The notes beneath the pieces are model-generated. The model made no database searches. It was not told where the DNA came from and saw only the letters and a list, made by a program, of their open reading frames with translations. From IMG/VR virus record IMGVR_UViG_3300031857_000007: 64,000 bases of DNA; one strand, written 5' to 3'. Positions 39,355 through 47,505 of this stretch are shown in pieces. How positions within the stretch are numbered: the stretch's first letter is position 1; the number at the start of each line of letters is the position of its first letter. The translations under genes and the position numbers were made by a program. The stretch is from a virus (Duplodnaviria; Caudoviricetes).

Positions 39355-41307
39355 TTATAATCTTACTAAGTTCCCTGTGTCGTAGCTTGATGTAACTATG
39401 TATGTTGTGCCAGTATAGGATGTATTTTTGTATGGAAGGTTGAGATCAGAAATATCTGATCCAGATGCAATTTCATCCTTTAAGGTAGTAATGAAACTAT
39501 TATTGACATCCAACTGTAAATATAAATCTTTTAATCCTATCACATCATTTGATAATGGTATTGCGGATATTTCAATAATTGGTCTTCCTTCAAAGTTCTT
39601 TGAAGTGCCAACAATATTAACTGGATTTAGAAAAATTTCTCCTTTTAAATAATCTATTTTACCTACAGATTTTTTAATCGTTGAAGATTGAGTATCTGAA
39701 TCCAATCTAAAGAAAAACAAAGAACCATATCTACCATCAGTCCCCGAATCTGGAATATCTGCCAGATATACAGTCCCTGTTATTCCTGCAATTTCAAATC
39801 CAGAAGATTTAATATTGTATCCATTTCCACCCTCAACATAAAATTGATTTCCAAAACATATTTCATATTCTGCCAAAGAATTTAATGTTGGACTTAAATC
39901 TCGTCTTATTTGAATTCTTGTAATATTTGAGGTAATAGATTGATCTGAATTATCAATTATTTTTAGGAATTTGCTATACTTAAATTTTGCACCATATTTA
40001 TTCAATTCCGAAGAATTTGCATATTCATTAATGTTATTAAGTACGCCCGTAGAAATATTACTTGGACTTGAAGAGAAATTAGTATTATAGTAAATTCTAC
40101 TGTCAAATTCAACATAAAGATATTTTAGGTCTAAAATTTCTGGAACTATTCCTGCTACACTATATTTTCTCAAGGAGGATATGATATTATCTTTGATTGA
40201 GTTTGGTACAAATGCTCCGTTAGTTGGTTTTATAGTTATAAAAACTTTTCCATATTCTGGAGGATCTAAATTTTCACCCCCAAAAGCAGAAACTGATTCT
40301 GCTTCAGGATAAATTTGAGGTACAATCGCTTCATAATCTGCAGCAGTTACAGCCCTATTTTGTGCTGCATATATTCTAGGAGCATATTTTTTAATCGAAT
40401 TAATAGATTCAATATCCTTTCCTCCCGCTGCTGACTGATCTGTTGTTAGATCTGATATATCGCTAGTTATAGTATTTCCTTCATTATCAATGATTCTTCC
40501 TGCAAAAGTGAAGTTACTTAGACCATTTGCCGAAGGTCCATTGGTAACAATATATGAAACTTCAATATAATTATTTGCAGATAGCTTTTTGCCAAAAATA
40601 CCATCTCCAAATACCAATTCATATCTTTGATCTTCTATTTCTTGAATAAAGAAAACCTTTGATTCTGGACCAATATCAAATAAACTATCCGACAAATTAT
40701 ATTTTGTTGATGACGATGAATTCTGATTGTCTCTTACCTGAACACTTATTAGAGAAGAGTCAATATTTGCATTATTTAAAATAAATTTTTGATTTGGATT
40801 TAAAGAATCTACTGTAAAATTAGAGGTTAGGTAGGTTCCTTCATAAATTTCAACATCTGAAAAAAATGCTATTTTATTTACAACTGGAACAGTGATATCA
40901 TTTAATATACTAAAAGTGTAACTTTCTCTGCCAAAGGAAGTTGGTGTAGAGCAAACAATTCCTCTTTTTAAAGTTAAAGTCACAGGATTAAATGATAATT
41001 CTGTGGTATCTACAAAAAAACTTATTTTAGATCTTGGGGAAATTCTAGATTTTGGTATATATCCAATATTTTTCGCAAGAGATACTACATTCTCTCGCAA
41101 AGTTGCACTATCGATAAAAATTTCATTACTTATCATATTGGCATTATACGAAGAAATGTACGTATTATATGCCAATATATCTAAGATAATAGACAGATTA
41201 GATCCTTCGAAATCATAATCAGTAAAATTCGAGTTCAATCTAAGATAATCCTTTATTGAACTCTTAATATCGTTGAAATCTAAATTTGTAAAATTGACTA
41301 ATGCCAT
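39355..41307 (-). CDS. gp6: Baseplate wedge subunit gp6 (650 aa)
   Basis: LDFNDIKSSIKDYL..FTDYDFEGSNLSIILDILAYNTY; AQNRAVTAADYE. Confidence 0.95.
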   Translation of the reverse strand: MALVNFTNLDFNDIKSSIKDYLRLNSNFTDYDFEGSNLSIILDILAYNTYISSYNANMISNEIFIDSATLRENVVSLAKNIGYIPKSRISPRSKISFFVDTTELSFNPVTLTLKRGIVCSTPTSFGRESYTFSILNDITVPVVNKIAFFSDVEIYEGTYLTSNFTVDSLNPNQKFILNNANIDSSLISVQVRDNQNSSSSTKYNLSDSLFDIGPESKVFFIQEIEDQRYELVFGDGIFGKKLSANNYIEVSYIVTNGPSANGLSNFTFAGRIIDNEGNTITSDISDLTTDQSAAGGKDIESINSIKKYAPRIYAAQNRAVTAADYEAIVPQIYPEAESVSAFGGENLDPPEYGKVFITIKPTNGAFVPNSIKDNIISSLRKYSVAGIVPEILDLKYLYVEFDSRIYYNTNFSSSPSNISTGVLNNINEYANSSELNKYGAKFKYSKFLKIIDNSDQSITSNITRIQIRRDLSPTLNSLAEYEICFGNQFYVEGGNGYNIKSSGFEIAGITGTVYLADIPDSGTDGRYGSLFFFRLDSDTQSSTIKKSVGKIDYLKGEIFLNPVNIVGTSKNFEGRPIIEISAIPLSNDVIGLKDLYLQLDVNNSFITTLKDEIASGSDISDLNLPYKNTSYTGTTYIVTSSYDTGNLVRL

Positions 41308-41709
41308 TTATCGTGACTGCTGTAATGCAAATGATAGTTGCTGAGGTAATGCCTCTATACCAATAATATAATATTTTATGACCACATTAAATTCATTGTT
41401 ATCATAATTTGGTGTAATATCAATACCTATTAAACTAACTCTAGGTTCATTATTTTTGATTGTAAGTTCAATTTCGCTTTTTAATATTGAAGCAGATATC
41501 TCATCAATGTTTTCAAAGAGTAAACGCGATACTTTTGATCCAAATGTTTCATTAAAAAATTTTTCGCCCGTTCCATATAAAACTAAATTTCTAACGGATC
41601 GAGCGATTGCGGTTTCATTTTTAATTGTGAGAAGATCATAGTTCAGGGGACTCACCTGAAACGAAAGACTTATATCTTTAAATCCCTTTGAAATTCTTTC
41701 GACAGGCAT
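41308..41709 (-). CDS. gp25: Baseplate wedge subunit gp25
   Basis: FKDISLSF..KNETAIARSVRNLV..GEKFFNETFGS..IKNNEPRV. Confidence 0.92.
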   Translation of the reverse strand: MPVERISKGFKDISLSFQVSPLNYDLLTIKNETAIARSVRNLVLYGTGEKFFNETFGSKVSRLLFENIDEISASILKSEIELTIKNNEPRVSLIGIDITPNYDNNEFNVVIKYYIIGIEALPQQLSFALQQSR

Positions 41710-41739
41710 TTATAATATTAAAGTTTATAAATTCTGTAT

Positions 41740-41746
41740 TATTTAG
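41740..41746 (-). promoter_or_regulatory. Late promoter variant (CTAAATA)
   Basis: tatttag on + strand about 30 bp upstream of gp25. Confidence 0.5.
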
Positions 41747-41754
41747 AGACTTTT

Positions 41755-42000
41755 TTACATTCCTATTATTGGTTCTGTACCATATTCCCAGTCATCATAG
41801 TCTTCATCATTTCTTATTTTTGAGTGAATTTCATTTTGATGAAAGAAATCATGCTTTTTGGGTGTGAGGTCATCATTTGCAATTTCTCTAAGCATTTTTT
41901 GCTTATTGATTTTAGATTCCCAACCATATTCTGAGGACAAATACTGAGTTCCCCACTCATTTTTCATGAAATTTTGATCTTTATCGACTTGTTTGGTCAT
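41755..42000 (-). CDS. Conserved cyanophage hypothetical protein (81 aa)
   Basis: FMKNEWGTQYLSSEYGWE..MLREIANDDLTPKKHDF..DDWEYGTEP; ORF in the late operon. Confidence 0.7.
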   Translation of the reverse strand: MTKQVDKDQNFMKNEWGTQYLSSEYGWESKINKQKMLREIANDDLTPKKHDFFHQNEIHSKIRNDEDYDDWEYGTEPIIGM

Positions 42001-42505
42001 TTTTTTGCTCCTGATCTGTTAAATCAGAACTTTTTACGGGGTTGCTATCCCGTTTTTCAATCAAATCGTAGTCATCTTCAAGAATTTCTTTTAGATAATC
42101 ATTATCCCACATATTATAATATTCACTTTTAGCAAGATTTTCTCTGAATTTACGTAATTTGTCCGTTGGTTGTCCTAGAATTAAATTATATTTTCCGTTA
42201 TTCGTTTGAATTCCTTTAATGTATGTTTTATATGCGCCACAATCTTCAAAAAATTTCCACTTTTCATGTTTTTGATTATAATAATCTACCCAAAATTGAA
42301 CAGTATCCAAATCAAAATAGTCTTCTATGATATAAATGATAACTTGATAACCTTCAATTGGTATAATATCTTCTGCGGAGCACTCTATGATCTTAAATTT
42401 TGAGTTTGCTGCAAAAGGACAAATTGCAAATCCATTCAATTCTGGACGAACTTTTGATACTTCCTTTATCCAATTTAAGATATAAAGTTCTTTATCTGAA
42501 AACAT
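41981..42505 (-). CDS. Hypothetical protein with DUF1415-like ICPFA motif (174 aa)
   Basis: LNWIKEVSKVRPELNGFAICPFAA; LILGQPTDKLRKFRENLAKSEYYNMW. Confidence 0.6.
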   Translation of the reverse strand: MFSDKELYILNWIKEVSKVRPELNGFAICPFAANSKFKIIECSAEDIIPIEGYQVIIYIIEDYFDLDTVQFWVDYYNQKHEKWKFFEDCGAYKTYIKGIQTNNGKYNLILGQPTDKLRKFRENLAKSEYYNMWDNDYLKEILEDDYDLIEKRDSNPVKSSDLTDQEQKNDQTSR

Positions 42506-42546
42506 AAAAAAAGAGTGCTTATTTCTATTTAAGCACTCTAAAAAAA
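42506..42546. terminator. Bidirectional intrinsic terminator with an embedded late-promoter-like TTAAATA
   Basis: AGAGTGCTTA-tttctatt-TAAGCACTCT perfect 10-bp stem flanked by A runs on both sides. Confidence 0.75.
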
Positions 42547-42687
42547 TTATTTACCTTGTCCCCGATACTTCTTCTTACGTCCATTACGAGAAGTTGGTGA
42601 AAGTAATGTACGAGGAGAACGCCCCTGACGAGTTTTCTTGGGTGCTCCTGGTTCAAAGATTACCTTATTGTTTCCACCTTTAGCCAT
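42547..42687 (-). CDS. 46-aa highly basic peptide (not in the ORF track)
   Basis: MAKGGNNKVIFEPGAPKKTRQGRSPRTLLSPTSRNGRKKKYRGQGK; GGAGG RBS upstream. Confidence 0.7.
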   Translation of the reverse strand: MAKGGNNKVIFEPGAPKKTRQGRSPRTLLSPTSRNGRKKKYRGQGK

Positions 42688-42843
42688 TTAAATTTCCTCC
42701 AGTTCAATATCAATAGGATCAAAAGACTTTTCCTCATAGAAGTTTTCGGAAAAATCTTGAAGAACCTCAGTACATTCTTCAATACTGAGGTTCGAATAAA
42801 TTTTACGACCTTTATAAAGGATATTGTAAAATTTTGTAGTCAT
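42688..42843 (-). CDS. Hypothetical protein (51 aa, MTTKF start)
   Basis: TGATG overlap with the glycosyltransferase stop supports this start rather than the track start at 42894. Confidence 0.65.
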   Translation of the reverse strand: MTTKFYNILYKGRKIYSNLSIEECTEVLQDFSENFYEEKSFDPIDIELEEI

Positions 42844-43610
42844 CAGATAATACGAGTTTTTTCGTGTCCAACGCGAATTCGAGGATCGCACCAAATCTTA
42901 AATCCTTTCTCAATAGCGTCAAGACAGAACGAAACGTCTTCACCACACATATCTTGAACTTGCCCAGATTCAAAGACTTGCATCTTAGGAGCAAACCAAG
43001 GATATTCGAGATTTTCGAAGACTCCATTTTTAATCAGAACCCAACCAAATCCAGTGTAGTCAACAGTAAAAGGCTTACGACGCTTTGAGATTGATTCTAC
43101 AGTCTCATGATTCATGACTCCACCATTCTTACGGAAGTCGTCTTCCTCTAACCAGTGAGCCACTGAGGTTGTGTGCCCGTCTTCAGTTGCATACCAACCA
43201 GCAGAAATAGGACGTTCCTCACCTTCTGCAGGAAATGCAAGGTCACAAAGTTGCCAGAATTTTTCTGAGTTAAAAACAATGTCATTATCAATCCATAGTT
43301 GATAATCATATTGTAGTTTTCCATCCCAGGGAACTTGGTTTGGACCTCGGAGAACATTTGCGCCGAGAACTTTACACCTTGCAAAATTAACCATAGATGA
43401 GTAATCCTGAGAAATCTGGATACTCATTTCATTCTTTACTAGATCAAAGCATAGTTGTACGAATGACTTGAGGAATGTATAAGAACAACCTCTTCCAGGA
43501 AGACAAAAAACAATTGACTTCCCTCGCATTCTTTCTCTAATAGCATCATAATCCCACTCTTCAGTCTTGGTCTTAGGTGCTACCGTTTTAACAGTGAATC
43601 CTTTTGCCAT
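42843..43610 (-). CDS. GT-A fold glycosyltransferase-like protein (255 aa)
   Basis: YQLWIDNDIVF (DxD), VDYTGFGWVLIKNGVFE, GEDVSFC, VGHEK motifs. Confidence 0.85.
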   Translation of the reverse strand: MAKGFTVKTVAPKTKTEEWDYDAIRERMRGKSIVFCLPGRGCSYTFLKSFVQLCFDLVKNEMSIQISQDYSSMVNFARCKVLGANVLRGPNQVPWDGKLQYDYQLWIDNDIVFNSEKFWQLCDLAFPAEGEERPISAGWYATEDGHTTSVAHWLEEDDFRKNGGVMNHETVESISKRRKPFTVDYTGFGWVLIKNGVFENLEYPWFAPKMQVFESGQVQDMCGEDVSFCLDAIEKGFKIWCDPRIRVGHEKTRII

Positions 43611-43634
43611 AAGTTTTAGTAACCTTCAAAATCA

Positions 43635-43663
43635 ATTTTATCGTCTTATTTAGTGTTTGTCAA
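43635..43663 (-). promoter_or_regulatory. sigma70-like promoter TTGACA-17-TAAAAT with nested late CTAAATA
   Basis: Read directly; 17-bp spacer; about 25 bp upstream of the glycosyltransferase. Confidence 0.7.
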
Positions 43664-43676
43664 TCTAAGAGGCCCC

Positions 43677-43868
43677 TCAAAAAGAAGAAGCGTTTATTAT
43701 TTCTTTGTTAATTGCAAGTTCTTCATATTGTAGATCTTCTTTCTTAAATTTTACGTCAAGAACCTCAATCATTCTGTGCATCATTTCCCAGGTCTCCTCA
43801 AATTTGTTCTTTGGGAGATTGTGATATATGCACTTACCCTTTGCATATATGTGATATACTTTATCCAT
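43677..43868 (-). CDS. Hypothetical protein (63 aa)
   Basis: YHIYAKGKCIYHNL resembles YNILYKGRKIYSNL of the 51-aa ORF at 42688. Confidence 0.65.
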   Translation of the reverse strand: MDKVYHIYAKGKCIYHNLPKNKFEETWEMMHRMIEVLDVKFKKEDLQYEELAINKEIINASSF

Positions 43869-43912
43869 CTGAATAATATTTGAACGGCTTTCGCGTCGGT
43901 CCCATTATATAT

Positions 43913-44035
43913 TCACTCACGGGATAGAAGTATTTTTACGGTTTCCTTTACACACAGCAAAATATACTCGAATTGCTCTCCGAGGGTCGTTTTATAATCG
44001 GAAATTTTTTTATCAGAAAATGGTTTATTCTCCAC
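43913..44035 (-). CDS. Possible 40-aa ORF (GTG start)
   Basis: MENKPFSDKKISDYKTTLGEQFEYILLCVKETVKILLSRE; GGAGG 7 nt upstream. Confidence 0.45.
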   Translation of the reverse strand: MENKPFSDKKISDYKTTLGEQFEYILLCVKETVKILLSRE

Positions 44036-44140
44036 TTTTACCCTCCGGAAATTTTTTTAAGTATAATAACACTCTCGCTTTTTGTCACCTCTGTAGGTTA
44101 GGGTAGTTAACAATTTTTATAACGGGGGGCACGGCGGGGC

Positions 44141-44161
44141 GGGGGCGGCGGACCGCGCCCC
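44141..44161 (-). other. GC-rich hairpin with UCCG tetraloop at the 3' end of the early unit
   Basis: Minus strand GGGG(C)GCGG-TCCG-CCGC-CCCC, at the AT/GC composition boundary. Confidence 0.5.
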
Positions 44162-44198
44162 ATACAACTGCCCATCACGAACATGCCACTAACGAAGA

Positions 44199-44537
44199 TC
44201 AGACCCCACGCCGCTCTAAGGCAGCGGAGCGGCGATCTGCGGCATACTGTGCTTTGGCACGGGCAACCACAGAATCAAGATCGCGAACCATCTCCTTACC
44301 GATTCCACAAACGCGGGTCAGGGTCACACCCTTACCAGCACCCGCAACGGTGTCGCCAGTGGATCCGAAATCACCACCGCGAACGTTACCGATCGCTGCC
44401 CCTCTACCATGCTGCGATTGACGCTGCCAGGTCTCACCCTTGCGAGCGTGGCGAGTGGGCAGGCGGCGGTAGGAAATTTCACCACGGCAGTCTGCCAGCA
44501 GGAGGTCAAGGCGGTTGGCGGTTTGAGCGTTGATCAT
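44199..44537 (-). CDS. Early hypothetical protein (112 aa, MINAQ start)
   Basis: In frame with the track ORF 44199-44582; an extended -10 TGCTACAAT at 44560 places the start at 44537. Confidence 0.7.
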   Translation of the reverse strand: MINAQTANRLDLLLADCRGEISYRRLPTRHARKGETWQRQSQHGRGAAIGNVRGGDFGSTGDTVAGAGKGVTLTRVCGIGKEMVRDLDSVVARAKAQYAADRRSAALERRGV

Positions 44538-44559
44538 GGGATCGGTTGGCGACTTGTGA

Positions 44560-44612
44560 ATTGTAGCACGAAACGGGGTCACCCCCGCCCTGCGTGTGCC
44601 TCAGAGTACTGG
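44560..44612 (-). promoter_or_regulatory. Early promoter cassette (extended -10 TG-C-TACAAT)
   Basis: attgta at 44560-44565; partial dyad motif upstream. Confidence 0.55.
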
Positions 44613-44749
44613 GCGGCGATGACGGTAGCGGGCACTCCCCAGTGAACGTAGGAGGAAGGGCGGGAACCGTTCTTCAGTTGATCGGCGCGGGAGATCCATT
44701 TGATCTGGCGGGTCTGGAGGTCAGAGCACATGGCGAGAGGGAAGCGCAT
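44579..44749 (-). CDS. Early hypothetical protein (56 aa; not in the track)
   Basis: MRFPLAMCSDLQTRQIKWISRADQLKNGSRPSSYVHWGVPATVIAAQYSEAHAGRG, directly after a promoter. Confidence 0.6.
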   Translation of the reverse strand: MRFPLAMCSDLQTRQIKWISRADQLKNGSRPSSYVHWGVPATVIAAQYSEAHAGRG

Positions 44750-44773
44750 TGGTCGTCTGTCGGTTGCTTGAGA

Positions 44774-44803
44774 ATTCTACAGGGTCAGGGGGGCAGGGGT
44801 CAA
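44774..44803 (-). promoter_or_regulatory. Early sigma70-like promoter TTGACC-18-TAGAAT
   Basis: Read directly; shares CTGACCCTGTAGAATT with the promoter at 45008. Confidence 0.6.
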
Positions 44804-44982
44804 TACCCCAACCACACCAGGAACTCACCAGCGTCAACCCCGCCGAAGTCAGAGGTCGTGCCATAGTCGGTGCGGAAGTCATCCCACAGACCGTGCTGTT
44901 TGGCAGCGTGTGCCGCTTCGATCCAATAGATGGTGCCATTCTCAGGGTTGGTGATTTCAGCGATCAGGTCGGGGAAGGTCAT
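44800..44982 (-). CDS. Early hypothetical protein (60 aa)
   Basis: Follows the promoter at 45008; ends VDAGEFLVWLGY. Confidence 0.7.
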   Translation of the reverse strand: MTFPDLIAEITNPENGTIYWIEAAHAAKQHGLWDDFRTDYGTTSDFGGVDAGEFLVWLGY

Positions 44983-45007
44983 CGGTTGCCTTGCGGTTGA
45001 CTCTGTA

Positions 45008-45064
45008 ATTCTACAGGGTCAGGAGCGCGATCCACAGGCGGCGGGGGACACTTGGCAAATTGTC
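45008..45064 (-). promoter_or_regulatory. Early promoter cassette (-10 TAGAAT plus dyad motif)
   Basis: GACAATTTGCCAAGTGTCCCC upstream; CTGACCCTGTAGAAT. Confidence 0.6.
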
Positions 45065-45174
45065 TCTGCCTGCTTCTCTTGATATGAATTAATTGTGGCA
45101 GTGGCAGACTGTACAAAAGTGGAGGCAATTGCAATGCAGAAGATTGCAAACATTGAAGGGAGAATTGCTCGCAT
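45019..45174 (-). CDS. Small membrane or secreted protein (51 aa; not in the track)
   Basis: MRAILPSMFAIFCIAIASTFVQSATATINSYQEKQAETICQVSPAACGSRS; hydrophobic N-terminus. Confidence 0.55.
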   Translation of the reverse strand: MRAILPSMFAIFCIAIASTFVQSATATINSYQEKQAETICQVSPAACGSRS

Positions 45175-45198
45175 TGTACTTATAAAATTAATGTCAGA

Positions 45199-45366
45199 TC
45201 AGAATTGAATCGCGGTCAAAGTAGGGGCACTGATTGAAGCATAATGTGCGGCACAATCGTTGATGTTCTCCTGTTCAATGTCGCTGGTGATAGTTTCCAG
45301 AATCTGGAGAATGTCGGATCCGTTGTTACCTTGACGCAGAAGGGAAAGAGCCAGTTCGCGGGACAT
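45199..45366 (-). CDS. Early hypothetical protein (55 aa, MSRELAL start)
   Basis: 3' part of the track ORF 45199-45627; the upstream part of that ORF overlaps a real gene and is unlikely to be coding. Confidence 0.65.
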   Translation of the reverse strand: MSRELALSLLRQGNNGSDILQILETITSDIEQENINDCAAHYASISAPTLTAIQF

Positions 45367-45430
45367 TTGATCAAAAAAAGTTAATGTTTGGCGGAGTCTT
45401 TTTTGGGCGCTGCCATTCCCATTGTTCAGG

Positions 45431-45676
45431 TTAGAATGCCACCAATTGATCCAGATCCCATTGTGGCACAACCTGAACCTCAGCATAGGTGCTGGCGTTC
45501 TCTGCCAGCCAAGAATTGATGTGGCGGGTGGTGGTGGCGCTCCACTTGTGCTCTGTCCGCATCCAACCCTTACCAGGCACCAGAGCGGCGACAGGGGTGG
45601 AATAGGAGAACAGAACCTCAGTGCCATCCGCGAGGGAGACTTGAGTTTTGTTGCTGCCGATGGCGGAGACTTTCAT
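45431..45676 (-). CDS. Early hypothetical protein (81 aa)
   Basis: VLFSYSTPVAA..WSATTTRHINSWL, a motif common in phage early proteins; has its own promoter at 45700. Confidence 0.75.
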   Translation of the reverse strand: MKVSAIGSNKTQVSLADGTEVLFSYSTPVAALVPGKGWMRTEHKWSATTTRHINSWLAENASTYAEVQVVPQWDLDQLVAF

Positions 45677-45699
45677 GGCGGGTTGCCTGAACTGAGATC

Positions 45700-45758
45700 A
45701 GTATAAAGGGTCAGGGTGGGGGATCGGTGTCCCCCTTGTGCCAGTGCCTCAGTCGGCA
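45700..45758 (-). promoter_or_regulatory. Early promoter cassette (-10 TATACT, stem-loop, dyad motif)
   Basis: CTGACCCTTTATACTGATCTCAGTTCA is identical to the copy at 45952-45978; ACTGGCACAAGGGGG..CCCCC upstream. Confidence 0.75.
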
Positions 45759-45940
45759 TAAAGGGAGTTGAAATCCTCCACAAACTCCAGCGCCTCATCA
45801 CCCGTCATGCGGGAGATCATTTCACGGGCGATCGTTTCCCAGGAGTAGTGATCCGCCAGATCACAGATCGCCTCACGGGCATCGGAAGCGTAGCGGTGAG
45901 CGGCGGTGATCTGAGCGTAGGTCATTTCCAGGCGGGACAT
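45749..45940 (-). CDS. Early acidic hypothetical protein (63 aa)
   Basis: Follows the promoter at 45964. Confidence 0.7.
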   Translation of the reverse strand: MSRLEMTYAQITAAHRYASDAREAICDLADHYSWETIAREMISRMTGDEALEFVEDFNSLYAD

Positions 45941-45963
45941 GGTAGATCGGTTGAACTGAGATC

Positions 45964-46022
45964 AGTATAAAGGGTCAGCGGTGCCCCCATATGGGTCTGG
46001 TGGACAGTGCCTCAGTTGGCAC
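45964..46022 (-). promoter_or_regulatory. Early promoter cassette (-10 TATACT plus dyad motif)
   Basis: GTGCCAACTGAGGCACTGTCCAC upstream of CTGACCCTTTATACT. Confidence 0.75.
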
Positions 46023-46908
46023 ACTGGAAACGTCCGCTGTTGAAATTATGATAGGAGAACACCTCACGATTCACGAGTTTGAACATACCAAACTCATTGG
46101 TCATTACATAACCCTCAGCGTCAATACGATTGCCGTTCACATAAGCAGCAGGACCATAATTGCGACACAAGTATACACAATCATCTTTGATAGACTTAAC
46201 CAATGCCCACAAGCGAATCAGGTTAGGATCACAATCAAAGTCCTCAGCAGCAACCTGTTCGCCAGCACGAATGCAGGCGTTGATTTGTTGTTTGATCTTT
46301 GCTGCTTCCTTATCAGAAACAAACTCACAAGCGGTAGACATTTGGCGGGCAAAGTCCACAACTTCTTTCACATCAGCAAACGATTCTTGATTGTAAAGAA
46401 TGTATGCTTCAGGTTTCACAAACTTAACAGTTTCAGTATCATTCCAGATCGCACGGTCAGGCATTGCAACTGCTTCGCGCAGATCATTCTCTGCAAAGTA
46501 GCAAGTGTGAGGGGCAATGATAATCTGCTGAGAAACTACCTCAGAAAACTTGTAAGTAATCGTGTTGGGAGTATACTCATCGCTACCGCCAAAACCAATA
46601 AAATCACCTTGGTAGACAGTATTGGTGCGAGGAAGATAATCAAAGCAAGCATGAAGAATAGACGCAACCTCACCTTGATAGTGTTGATCAATTTCTTCAT
46701 GAGAGTGAGCAATGCGAATCTTTTTCTTGTTAAAGACTGCTTTCGTTCCTACAAAGAACTCACCGTTTGCAGGATCAATTCCCCACACAATTGCGGGAGC
46801 ACCATCAATCTTAACGCTCAAAGTGCCAGGGGCAATGAACCAATCAAGACACGAAAGATCACCAGTGAGAATGGTATCTTCGGGGTGTTCGAGGTGTGTG
46901 TTTTTCAT
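46012..46908 (-). CDS. DUF6267-like protein with covalent nucleotidyltransferase (ligase-like) motifs (298 aa)
   Basis: HLEHPED N-terminus; VKIDGAP (KxDG), FVGTK, YQGDF, EGYVM, FKLVNR. Confidence 0.75.
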   Translation of the reverse strand: MKNTHLEHPEDTILTGDLSCLDWFIAPGTLSVKIDGAPAIVWGIDPANGEFFVGTKAVFNKKKIRIAHSHEEIDQHYQGEVASILHACFDYLPRTNTVYQGDFIGFGGSDEYTPNTITYKFSEVVSQQIIIAPHTCYFAENDLREAVAMPDRAIWNDTETVKFVKPEAYILYNQESFADVKEVVDFARQMSTACEFVSDKEAAKIKQQINACIRAGEQVAAEDFDCDPNLIRLWALVKSIKDDCVYLCRNYGPAAYVNGNRIDAEGYVMTNEFGMFKLVNREVFSYHNFNSGRFQCAN

Positions 46909-46914
46909 GCTCTT

Positions 46915-46972
46915 AGTATGGCAGAGAATTGAGCGGATCGCAAGAGGGCGTGTGCCAGTTCTCAGAGTGCCC
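46915..46972 (-). promoter_or_regulatory. Early promoter TTGCGA-17-CATACT plus dyad motif
   Basis: GGGCACTCTGAGAACTGGCACAC upstream; -10 ends 7 nt before the ATG, implying a near-leaderless mRNA. Confidence 0.7.
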
Positions 46973-47288
46973 CATTCTCATCAAGAATTCCCCACTGAAT
47001 GGTTCCCTGATACATGCCAATGTAACGGTTTCCAATACTCAAACCAACGATTTCATCTTCACTATCACCAATCAGATTGACACTGAAATAGAAATAGTTG
47101 CTGATAGAATCGGGGGTGCGGAATTTCATAACCTGAATTTTCTCCCAAAGAATAGTAGCAATTGCAGCAACGAATGCTGCGGCAGTGATTACAAAACTCT
47201 TCATATCTTGATAGAGTTTCTGATAATCAACCTCCTGCAGTTTCACGAACAGATCATCAGCAGGCGGGAAAGATTTGGTCAGTTCCAT
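46962..47288 (-). CDS. Early protein with one transmembrane segment (108 aa)
   Basis: FVITAAAFVAAIATILW hydrophobic helix. Confidence 0.65.
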   Translation of the reverse strand: MELTKSFPPADDLFVKLQEVDYQKLYQDMKSFVITAAAFVAAIATILWEKIQVMKFRTPDSISNYFYFSVNLIGDSEDEIVGLSIGNRYIGMYQGTIQWGILDENGAL

Positions 47289-47309
47289 TGTGAAGAAAAG
47301 GTGAAAGAA

Positions 47310-47483
47310 TCAGTTCAGGAAGGTTGCGGGATTGCCATAATCGGCAATGTGATGACCATTCAAACGAATCTCAGCGTAACCGAATTCCTCTGCCAAATCA
47401 TAACAGAGATCGTATGCCTGACCCTCATCACTCACAGACTGCGACTCATAAGGGGCAGAGGGGACGATAACTTCGTAACGCAT
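47310..47483 (-). CDS. Early hypothetical protein (57 aa; not in the track)
   Basis: MRYEVIVPSAPYESQSVSDEGQAYDLCYDLAEEFGYAEIRLNGHHIADYGNPATFLN, directly after the promoter at 47506. Confidence 0.65.
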   Translation of the reverse strand: MRYEVIVPSAPYESQSVSDEGQAYDLCYDLAEEFGYAEIRLNGHHIADYGNPATFLN

Positions 47484-47505
47484 GAGGTTTGTTTGAACTG
47501 AAGTC

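Noticed and set aside
119-43384. Short track ORFs overlapping the structural genes (e.g. 119-355, 1390-1653, 5649-6050, 10066-10479, 19905-20363, 33174-33380, 43148-43384)
   Set aside because: They are antisense or out-of-frame shadows of long, motif-supported minus-strand genes. The Pro-rich 19905-20363 ORF is simply the complement of the Gly/Ser repeat.
44123-44161. Canonical three-tier G-quadruplex
   Set aside because: Only three separate runs of 3 or more G precede the hairpin; the minus-strand stem-loop explains the tract more simply.
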